A stretch of DNA of 64,000 nucleotides from Octopus vulgaris (Eukaryota), in contig OX597821.1 of the NCBI GenBank assembly GCA_951406725.2, positions 8,122,001 to 8,186,000 of the forward strand, in the 5' to 3' direction. Of the stretch, positions 53,141-64,000 are shown one piece after another. The notes under the pieces are model-generated. The model ran no database searches. It saw nothing but the letters and a program-made list of their open reading frames with translations, and was not told where the DNA came from. The translations under genes and the position numbers were made by a program. The first letter of the stretch is position 1. Each line of letters opens with the position of its first letter.

Positions 53141-54019
53141 GTCGTATCAAAAACTTCCCGGACTAGTTCTGTAGCGTGCCAAGAGATGGCAGCACACGAT
53201 TGCATGTACAGTGAGAGCTAGCAGTGACCTTCGTGCGTCAAGTGACATCGCTGTGTTTACTATGCAAGGAGTGAAATTTTTGTGACCACATGTATGCTGT
53301 GCTCTGCAATTTTTGTCACGGACAGGAAGTTGGAACAAGGAGCGAACATGTGTCAAACTTAGGAAGTATGCTACAGAAGCATTGAGCATGCTCGAGCAAG
53401 CTTACGGCGACGAGGCAATGGGTCGTACGCAATGATTCGTGTGGCATGGGCGCTTCAAAAGTGCAAGAACGTTACTGGAAGACGATAAGCGATCTGCAAG
53501 ACTTGCCTCAAGTCTTGCAGATGTGGAGAAAATTCAGCAGCTTGTGCACAAGGATGGTTGGAGTAAAGCAACGACGTTTTGAAGCGTTTGAGTGGGGAAA
53601 CTCGGCAAAAGCGAGCGGATCCGTGGGCTGCGAAGAATTGGATTTTTCACGACGACAATGCATCCTTTCACCAAACTCTCCTCACGTGTGAGTTTGTTGC
53701 CCCAAACAACATAGTATCCTTTCCACACTCACCCTATTCACAAGATTTATTACTTGCGGATTTCCATTTCGTCCACAAGATGAAAATGCAGCTCAAAGAT
53801 CGTCATTTTAACACCGATGTCGAAATTCAGGGCAAAACGCAGACGATCTTTGACTAGCTGGAGGAAAACGGCTTCCAGGCTGAATTCCAAAAGCGGCAGG
53901 AATGCTGGGACAAGTGTATTGCTGTGCAAGGTGACTATTTCGAAGGATATGATCCTAAAACTTTGGTAAATAAGTTTTTTTTTATTAAACATGGCTAGTC
54001 CGGAAAATTTTTGATACCA

Positions 54020-54021
<2 letters not shown>
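53137..54021 (+). mobile_element. Internally deleted mariner transposon
   Basis: TIRs ggtcgtatcaaaaacttcccggactag / ctagtccggaaaatttttgataccacc in TA context; WIFHDDNASFH..PHSPYSQDL..ADFHF. Confidence 0.88.
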
Positions 54022-54085
<64 letters not shown>

Positions 54086-54179
54086 CCTATATGCTTTAAC
54101 GCGTATAACTCTCTACATATATATATATAAATGATGATTACCTCATCTTGTCAGATGATTAGTTTCAGAATACACTTTC

Positions 54180-54907
54180 ACAAAAGTTGTGCATGAGTAC
54201 ATCCGGTGCAAGTCGTAAGTGGTGTGGAGAAGAGGGGTCAGTTTATGTGCCTATGGCAAAAGAAAATCGTTCGATGTGTGCAAAGCGCTTGCTAAAGAAG
54301 TTAAAAATACCAAGAGGCTTTGATTTTTCTCTGATGAGAATAACTTCGATCAGGACCAAAAGGCAAAACGAAAGAACGACAGATGGTATGCAGAGAGCCG
54401 AATAAGGATCCAACAGTCATGGATACTAAATTCCAAGCAACTGTAATGGTTCTGGAAGTCGTGAGCAACGATGGAGATGTCAATGCTGTTATTTACACAG
54501 TAGTAATGGAGAAAGTGCTGTGCATCAGAAGACCGTTGCGTCTTCCAACATGACTCTGTACCTATTTCTTTATTACCCACAAGGGGCTAAACATAGAGGG
54601 GACAAACAAAGACAGACATAGGTATTAAGTCGATTACATCGACCCCAGTGCGATGAAAGGTAAAGTCGACCTCGGCGGAATTTGAACTCAGAACGTAACG
54701 GCAGACAAAATACCTTAAGCATTTCGCCCGGCGCGCTAACGTTTCCGCCAGCTCGCCGCCTTAACAGATGACTCTGTACCGTTTCATTACGGCTAGGACA
54801 ACCTGAGCGTGGATGAGTGCCAATCTCCATGATTATGTTTTCCTAGACACATGGCCCCTTAGCGTATCAGACAGCAATCCATTGGACTATTACGTATGGG
54901 GCGTAGT

Positions 54908-54995
<88 letters not shown>

Positions 54996-55150
54996 ATCAA
55001 AACTCCCATAAGCCCAGGCAATCTCTCAAGTCCGCCTTAACCAGCACTATGTTCAAAATTGATAAAGACTATCTGATTCGGGTATGTCAACGCTTCGGAC
55101 CCGCATTGAAGTAGTCATTAATGCTAATAGGATTCATTGAATAGGTGTGA
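54180..55150 (+). pseudogene. maT/DD37D-like (mariner-related) transposase remnant
   Basis: CAKRLLKKLK, FFSDENNFDQDQK.N...DRWYAE, KFQATVMVL.VVSNDGDV, FQHDS.P, WPLSVSDSNPLDYYVWGVVER; interrupted by a SINE and an (AG)n expansion. Confidence 0.82.
54563..54762 (-). mobile_element. SINE family A with 13-bp target-site duplication
   Basis: atgactctgtacc at 54550-54562 and 54768-54780. Confidence 0.9.
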
Positions 55151-55312
55151 TAAAAGTTTTCTTAAGTTTATTTGTACCAATTTGTTTTGAAATGCAGCTT
55201 TCTTTAATCAACTACGTATCCTTTTACTAAATTTAATTTATGCAAATGACCTCTAAAGATAAAAAACAAAACAAAAACTATGGACGTTTCCTGTGTATCT
55301 TATATCGTATGA

Positions 55313-55349
<37 letters not shown>

Positions 55350-55699
55350 TGTATATATGATGTATGTAAATGTCCAGACATAATGTATGCGTATTGGGAC
55401 ATAGATCTGTCTACACAAAATAAACCCACTCCAACACCAACACACATACGAACAGACACAGATAATCCCATAACTGATAATATGTGTACATAAAAACAAT
55501 TCTTCAGTAAGATATATAGATTGCAGCCAAGCAGCCTTATCAGATAACACATGCTAACTTTAACTTTTTCACACACATTAACCTGCGTATTCAGTTTAAG
55601 ATGTTGTGAATCTAATGGTTTCCTTCAAGGACATTTTAGGTCATGCCTGTTGAAGTAGCTATTTGTGGAAAATAAACATTTGTTTATACATACATACAA

Positions 55700-55731
<32 letters not shown>

Positions 55732-55738
55732 TTGTATG

Positions 55739-55801
<63 letters not shown>

Positions 55802-55849
55802 CTCTTTAACTAGTTTCAACTCGAAAGCTGTCATGTTGTAGCACCACCG

Positions 55850-55896
<47 letters not shown>

Positions 55897-56104
55897 CCGG
55901 CCCGGGGTTATAATAAAAGACACTTGTCTAACAACCGCGCAGTGGGACTGAACCTGATAAAACACGAGGTAGCAAAGCGAGCTTCTTAGCCGCTCAGCCA
56001 TGCCTGCACCGATGTACGTATGTATGTATGTATGTATGTATGTATGTATGTATGTATGTATGTATGTATGTATGTATGTGTATACATACATACATACACA
56101 TATA

Positions 56105-56275
56105 TAAATTTATAGAAAAACAAAAGATGAAGACAGGTGTAGGAACAACTAGCAGTTGTATTAGTTAACGTTTCGAGCCTACTCTCTTCGACAGAAAGGA
56201 AAAAAATGGGGAGAGAATGAAAAAAAACACGGAGAGAGAAAAACTCTGTAGAGTTCAGCGGTTCAACATGGCAAG
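56105..56275 (-). mobile_element. Diverged solo PLE 3'-terminal copy with hammerhead remnant (56167-56198)
   Basis: ctttCTGTCGAAgagagtaggctcGAAACgtt on the minus strand; flanks resemble 16014-16226. Confidence 0.7.
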
Positions 56276-56566
56276 ATAAATGGAAAAAAGAGGTTGAATA
56301 GAAGGGAGATAATAGTGGCGATCCCAATGAACTAAGGTGCGCAAGCGTTTGTGTATATATGAGAATGGTGTGTGTGAGTGTGTGTGTATGTGTGAGTGGG
56401 GGCGAGTGAGTCTAACCTCGTTATTTGTACACATTGAAAAATATACATACATACATAAATATATATTTTTATTTTATTTTATCTAGTTTCAGCTCACGAG
56501 CTGTGGCCATGCTGGGACACCGCCATTTGGTGTTGCTACATGATTTTACTTCACGAATGCTTTTTA

Positions 56567-56855
<289 letters not shown>

Positions 56856-57182
56856 CAATCTACAGTATTGATTACTAAGCGTTGTATCAATAAGTGGATA
56901 AATATATTGACACCAGGATTGATGATTGCGTTGTATTTTTTTAAGGAATATGCGAAGTGAATTAAGACATGAAAATAACGTATGAATGGTTAAGCTGATG
57001 GCATTTTCTCTTGTTTTCATCATGTTGGATATGTATATGGTTTAGTAGGTAGTTTTATATCGATTGCATTAGATGTATGTATGTTTACCGTAATATAAAG
57101 TGTGACGATTTTTATTGTGAAAAAACTTGTTTCCCACTACAGAGCATTTTAACGTTTACGTTCTTTTACATATATATATATA

Positions 57183-57535
57183 CTAGCAGTATCGCCCGGC
57201 GTTGCTCGGGTTTGTAAGGGAAATAACTATAAAGCATTTTTAGAGACTTATATCCAACAAATGGAAAAAAAATGATGGTAAATTTTTTTTTTTAGTTAAA
57301 AAGGTCGAGTTGCGTCCCTTAGACAGTCTGTGGTTTGTGTTTCTGATTCTCGACCCCATGTCGAATTTATCGATTTTTTTCAGAACTGGGGGTACTTTTC
57401 AAAATTTTCGCTGCGTTAGTTTTGAATTATGACATTGGGCTATGTGTGTGTCAAGTTTCATCAGAATCGGTTGAAAGCCGTGGTCAGGGTGAGGGTACGA
57501 GAAAACAGACACACAGACAAACTGCCGTTTATATA
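57183..57535 (-). mobile_element. Non-autonomous Helitron (same family as 32954-33334)
   Basis: Reverse-complement match over ~350 bp with CTAG end. Confidence 0.82.
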
Positions 57536-58255
57536 TATATATATATACACACACGCGTAGACTCTCATCACAGTTTTACGAAATATGTCTATGTACCGCT
57601 GTTGTTTCAGTTGATATGGTTTTATTTTTCCTTCACTGTAGGCTTTGTTTTTAGTGTCAGTGAACTTGCAACACACACACACACACACACACATACACAC
57701 GTACGCACATGAAATCAATCATGCAAACTACCCGTGCGTTAAATTTAATTACAGATCAAATAAGTGGAAAAACCTACATCAACCTCATAATCAAATAACG
57801 TACAGTGCAACACTGCGGCTATAGCAATCAGAGCAGTTGGCATCGAAATAAGAAATAATCTAGAAAACTTGAAACAGATCTTGAAAAGAAACAAAAGAAA
57901 TCAACAGAAGATAGATAGCAATAAAAAATATATATAACTAGGAATAAGTGAAAGCGAGAAAAAAATAATCAAGATATTCTACAAAGAAAGCAAACCTTTA
58001 TAGGAAGCATAAAATTGTAGACGAACTGAGCCTTAAGATAATTCGTTCTAATTCTGGCTTGAGGACAGCATTTTTAAGGAGAGGGGTTTGTCGTTTATAT
58101 CGACTCCAATGCTTAACTGGTAACTATTTTATCAATCCTGAAAGGGTGAAAAGCGAAGTCGACCTTGGTGGCATTTGAACTAACAGTATTTGTTATTTGG
58201 TGTTAAACTTTTCCTTACACGAACTGCAACCTGGTCGCTTACAAGTTCACACAGT

Positions 58256-58478
58256 ACTCTTTTACTCTTTTACTTGTTTCAGTCATTTGACTGCGGCCAT
58301 GCTGGAGCACCGCCTTTAGTCGAGGAAATCGACTCCAGGACTTATTCTTTGTAAGCCCAGTACTTATTCTATCGGTCTCTATTGCCGAACCGCTAAGTGA
58401 CGGGGACGTAAACGCACCAGCATCGGTTGTCAAGCAATGCTAGGGTGACAAACACACACACACAAACACACACACATA

Positions 58479-58522
<44 letters not shown>

Positions 58523-58685
58523 CATATATACGACAGGCTTCTTTCAGTTTCCGTCTACCAAATCCACTCACAAGGCTTTCGTCGGCCCGGGGCTATAGCA
58601 GAAGACACTTGCCCAAGATGGCACGCAGTTAGCAAGCTACTTACCACACAGTTAGCAAGCTACTTACCACACAGCCACTCCTGCA
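58256..58685 (-). mobile_element. SINE family B
   Basis: Matches 27562-27972; small internal duplication gttagcaagctacttaccacaca near the head. Confidence 0.88.
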
Positions 58686-59639
58686 GTAGTGTAAAAATTA
58701 AGTGAAGTTAACAGTCTTTCTACGTTTTAAGTTTTTAAATAGCTAATATGCAATCGTAAATAGGAGAATGAAATAAAGTAGATGATCCTCCAAGTATTAA
58801 AGATATATAAAGATTCTCGAAGAAAAGTATTATAAGTAGCAATCCCTCGTAAGATATAGGAAGTATGACAGAAACCGTGAGATATTATAATGTGGGGCTG
58901 AAGAAGTGGAAGATATGATAGAACGGTGGAAAATATAACAAAAGCGATGAGAAGAAAAGGAAACGGAAATCACCCGGAGTAGGTGAAATCCAAAAGTTTT
59001 GAACAAAATTTCCGGAGTAAAAAGGGAGAAAAATAAGGAAAGAATAATTAAAAGAAACGAGGACAAGGAGAGAGAGAAGAGACGAACAAGGAGAAAGTAC
59101 AATGTGTAGTGAGAGAAGAAGAGAGAAGGAGAGAGGAGAGAGGAGAGTAAGGGGAGAGGAGAGTAAGGACGGAGGAGAGTAAGGAGAGAGGAGAATAAGG
59201 AAAGGAATGAGTGAGGAGAGAAGAAAGAGTAAGGACAAAAGGGATAGTAAATAGTGAAGAGAGAAGTGAGGAGAGACAAGGTTAAGAAGAGAGAATAAGA
59301 AGAATAAGGAGAGAAAGGAGAAGAGAGAGAGAGAAAGGAGAGAAAAAGTGAAACGAGAGCAAGGAGGAAAGGCGGAGAGAGGTGTAAGAAGAGAAAGAAA
59401 GACGAAGGGAGAGCAGACAGGACAATGATGAAAGAAAAGGAGAGAAGAGAGTAGAGAAAGAAAGAGAGACGAGAGCAAAGATAAAACGAGAAAGACAAGA
59501 GAAAGATGTCGGTTCAGATGGATTGATCGATTTTGTTTTAAGTTTAATTACTTTCTCAGGTATTAATCTTATTTCGTGATCTGGTTCATCACAACATCTA
59601 CACACAACACATTCTTTTATCACCACACTATATACATGC

Positions 59640-59749
<110 letters not shown>

Positions 59750-59814
59750 AGATTACATGCGTGTGTGTAGTTTGGCTAGGTATATTATATATGCATATGT
59801 GTATTTGTGTGTGC

Positions 59815-59854
<40 letters not shown>

Positions 59855-59926
59855 CATGCGTTGCATGCGTAGTACACACACGCAGACGTATATATAGATA
59901 TGGAGATAATGTATGTTTGCGTGCGC

Positions 59927-59971
<45 letters not shown>

Positions 59972-59989
59972 CGTGTATATATATATATA

Positions 59990-60075
59990 TATTCCTGAGC
60001 GCCATACTAATACAATTGTTTGTTTGTACTCCACCTGCCTTCGTCTTTTGTTTATTTTCATAAAGCTTCCCGTTA
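59990..60075 (+). mobile_element. Extreme 3' tip of the PLE terminus in (TA)n
   Basis: ttcctgagcgccatactaatacaattgttt...ttttcataaagcttcccgtta matches 52357-52440. Confidence 0.85.
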
Positions 60076-60458
60076 TATATATATATGTATATACATACGT
60101 ATATATACATACACACACACACACACACATAAGTAAATGAAAAGGAAAAAAGAGAGAAAGAGGGGACAGCTGCGTGAGCAACAGAGGCTCGTGTGGAGAC
60201 ACACGCACAGAACCAGATATGAACGCATACATATTAGTGCTACATTATCAGCTATTGGTGAACAACCGATGCCTCTAACCCACTGGCCATCCATTTAGCT
60301 GTTATACGCTAGCAAGATTCTATCAATTACTTTGTGATCCAATCAAAATCGTTTATTTTTGAAAATTGCCACATAGAATGATGCCAACTTCTTTTCCGCT
60401 TTCTGCTTTCTTTAGTACAGTTGAAATAATCAGCAGAACATTGCTATCAACAATTATA

Positions 60459-60523
<65 letters not shown>

Positions 60524-60706
60524 GTACATACATACATGCATAAGTACATACATACATACATGTATGTATGTATGTATGATATATATATATATATATACAA
60601 TATACATAAATGTGTATGTATATGTATTTATATATACAAATATATAAATATATATCTATACATATATGTCTTTTATATATATTTAGATATAGACAGATAT
60701 GTATAT

Positions 60707-60752
<46 letters not shown>

Positions 60753-61159
60753 ATATACATATATACATCTGCATATATATGCATATATATATATGTGTAT
60801 GTGTATGTATGTGTTTGTGTGTGTGCGCATATGTGTGTATGTGTGTTTGGAAATAAATAAACATATAGATGATGGAAGTACTAAATAAAATATTTACAAA
60901 AAGACACATTCACAGAAAATGAAATCGAAACATTTAGAAACAAAAACAATGCAACACCAACAATAAACAATATCACCAAGAACAATAACGACGACAACAT
61001 CAACAACAACAACAAAAACAACAACAATAAGAACAACAACAACAACAACAAATGACTTCTTTATTATCCACTAAGGATTTACAAAAAGAACCAGGATTTC
61101 ACTGGATGATACAATGCCAGGATTGCATGTCAAGCAAATGATAGCAATAATAATATTAA

Positions 61160-61172
61160 AACGATGATGATG

Positions 61173-61227
<55 letters not shown>

Positions 61228-61235
61228 TGATGATG

Positions 61236-61266
<31 letters not shown>

Positions 61267-61268
61267 TG

Positions 61269-61299
<31 letters not shown>

Positions 61300-61397
61300 T
61301 GATAATAATGATGATAATAATAATAATAATAATAATGATAATAATAATAATAATGATAATAATAATAATGATAATAATAATAATAATAATAATAATG

Positions 61398-61454
<57 letters not shown>

Positions 61455-61555
61455 GTAATAATAATAATGATAATAATAATAATAATAGTAATAATAATAA
61501 TAATAATAATAATGATAATAATAATAATAATAGTAACAATAATAATGATAAGATG
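61160..61555. repeat. (AAT/GAT)n microsatellite
   Basis: Direct reading. Confidence 0.95.
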
Positions 61556-61906
61556 AAAAAGAAGAAATTGAAGAGAGGTTTAAAAACGGTTTATGTCACA
61601 AAAATGGCCGTGTTTCTTCAACTCCATACGCGTTAAAACGATGGGTTTAAAATGGCGTTATAAACAGATATTTTTGTTTCTTTTTCCTTTCCTCTTCTCC
61701 TTTTTTCTTTTCAATATGTCGCACATTTTCTTTGGTATTTATCTAAATTCATCTTCGTTGGATTTCAAGCCAGTTACTATGGAAAAAACAATGCTTCATT
61801 GTTCGAGTCAAAACAGTTTTCAGGCATTTATACATATATATGTGGGATTGCATAACAGAGAGATAATAACAGTAATAATACAACAGCAACAAGCAACAGT
61901 AGCATC

Positions 61907-61954
<48 letters not shown>

Positions 61955-62477
61955 CCTTTCTACTATAGGTACAAGGGCCAAAACATTAGGGGAAGGGTTA
62001 GTCATCGATCTTCTTTAGGGGTTATTCCTGAAAGACCCTAGCGTTGAATCTAGAATCTTTATTTTACCGACTGAGTCTTATACTTTAAGCACTTCCCAGA
62101 GCATGAGTATTTAAGTTCTGATACTGACATACGATAAGCTGACAACATTACAGTCCATCGTAACAATATACATCAAACGCAATTCTCTGGCTTTATTCAA
62201 GAACTGAGACAGAGGGATAGGGAGAGAAAGATAAAAAATATATTGAAAAGAAAATGTAATAATGAAAATATAGTATTTTTCTGCATGACTTATTAATACA
62301 CAATGAAAGATCTTTATTGCTAATGATATTTAAAAAAATGTAGCTAGACTCCTATGAGATAATCCAGTCCCAGATATGCAATATTCTAAGAAAAAGACGG
62401 GATGATTGTAGCTAGAAAAGATTTCAATCATATATTTGTTCAGTCAAAACCGGTCTAAGGCCTTGATTGAAGATAAT

Positions 62478-62927
62478 ATTGGTCTCAAATTTTGGTACAA
62501 GGCAAGCAACTTCAGGGGAGGGATAAGTCGATTGCAACTAGTGCTTATTTTATCAACCCTGAAAGGATGAAAGGCACAGTCGATCGGAGAAAGGCATAGT
62601 CGACCTCAGCGGAATTTGAGCTCAAGACGTAATGGTGGACGAATTGATGCTAAGCATTTTGTCTGACCTGCTAACGATTTTGCCAACGATTCTTTAATAA
62701 GAATATCATATTGCTTTCACATTTTAGTACAGATCCATCTATTTTGGGAGAAGGAGCAAGTCGATTATTTCGACCCCATTGTTCAACTGGTACTTATTTT
62801 ACCGATCCCGAAAGGATGAAAGGTAAAGTGTATCTCGGCGGAATTTGAAGTCAGAACATAAAGAAGGACGAAATGCTGCTAAGCATTTTACCTGGCGTGC
62901 TAACGGTTCTGCCGGCTCACTGCCTTT
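62478..62927 (-). mobile_element. Two tandem SINE family A copies
   Basis: Two sets of gaaaggatgaaagg..cggaatttga..ctaagcattt..gctaacg. Confidence 0.78.
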
Positions 62928-63229
62928 AACAAGAAAATAATACTAAAAACTATAATGAACAAAGACAATCTGTTAATACGTATTTATTTTTAAACTTAAA
63001 ACGCTGGTGGCAAAGTAATTTGAAGTCGAACTATAGATGGTGGGTGAAGATAATTCTCTCAGATCTCTACGCATTGGCCTGAAAGTTAATTCTTAAATAA
63101 AGATAAAAATTTCTCAAATACATTTATCTCTTAAGACTGAAAGTTCTAAATAACAATTTTATGAAATAAGAATTAAAATAAAAACTAATAGAAAAATTGA
63201 AATAAACAGTGTTGCTTTGAAAATGTTGT

Positions 63230-63700
63230 ATTTTCCTGAGATGTCATTTTACTTGGTATAGCATCTCACTTGGTTGCGATGTGATCTCGTTGGAGTTCAA
63301 TTTGATAAGATGAAATTTTGTTATTTAGATCCTTAGATTGCTAAAGTGTTTAAATTTCCTCTGCTAGTATCATCGAGGCCAAACTTTTGCCATAATATAC
63401 TCCGCTAATACCATCGAGGAAAAGCTCTTACAAAATACCAGTAAATGTCTTGATTGAGTAGAGCTTTGCTATCACTTCAAGACATTACTTGTCTTCCAAA
63501 AGTGCAACTGAAACATTTCTTAGATTCATTCGCCATTCTTGAACTGTTAAAGCTACCCCAATATAACTTGTGGTTGTTATCGGGTGCCTTTAACGAACAT
63601 GATAATTCCAGCACTGACTCCTCGCCATGTTCGGGCCACGTAGAACTCTGACAAACGGTAAGACTAATAATCTCGGACCAATTCCGATTAATATTGCTGA
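63230..63700 (-). mobile_element. Possible degenerate APE-type LINE endonuclease fragment
   Basis: Minus strand ..RWPEHGEE..DNNHKLYWG.. resembles the EVRW.G.G....YWSG motif; heavily decayed. Confidence 0.35.
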
Positions 63701-63882
63701 GGTATGTTCTAGAAGCCGATAGCAGAATTTCATGACATAAGAATTCACGAAGCTGATATTCTGGTGAGCAAATACTGCCATCTCATTACGTTCAGAACAC
63801 CACGCTTCTGTCTTATTCCAATGGGCTGTTATAACCAGTTGACACCTTTCAATGGTTACTGTATCCTTTTACTGGTCACTGC

Positions 63883-63992
<110 letters not shown>

Positions 63993-64000
63993 CAACAACA

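Noticed and set aside
57720-58020. Possible N-terminal fragment of an RLE LINE
   Set aside because: Too decayed to support with any diagnostic motif.

Overview
Eukaryotic, AT-rich, microsatellite-saturated DNA with no recognisable host protein-coding gene. The tRNA-derived SINE families and repeat landscape point to an octopus or other coleoid cephalopod (inference from memory, not from a search). Nearly all ORFs in the track are microsatellite artefacts. The real content is a nested set of mobile elements. There are two Penelope-like elements (PLE; RT + GIY-YIG): one decayed (~4.6-6.7 kb) and one with a long uninterrupted frame (49.75-51.46 kb). The window also holds R4/Dong-type RLE LINE remnants beside (TAA)n, RTE-type LINE fragments, a Helitron PIF1 helicase pseudogene and non-autonomous Helitrons. 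DNA transposons include three mariner-family relics and a terminus-to-terminus Chapaev3 element. Three SINE families, MITEs and foldback palindromes fill in the rest. The most interesting signal is a set of short modules embedded in (TA)n tracts that carry type I hammerhead-ribozyme folds of about five sequence families. These include a back-to-back sense/antisense hammerhead pair (1.83-2.12 kb), a palindromic double hammerhead (49.09-49.21 kb), and core-variant hammerheads at the 3' end of the long PLE and its solo copies. All folds were derived by eye and none is validated.
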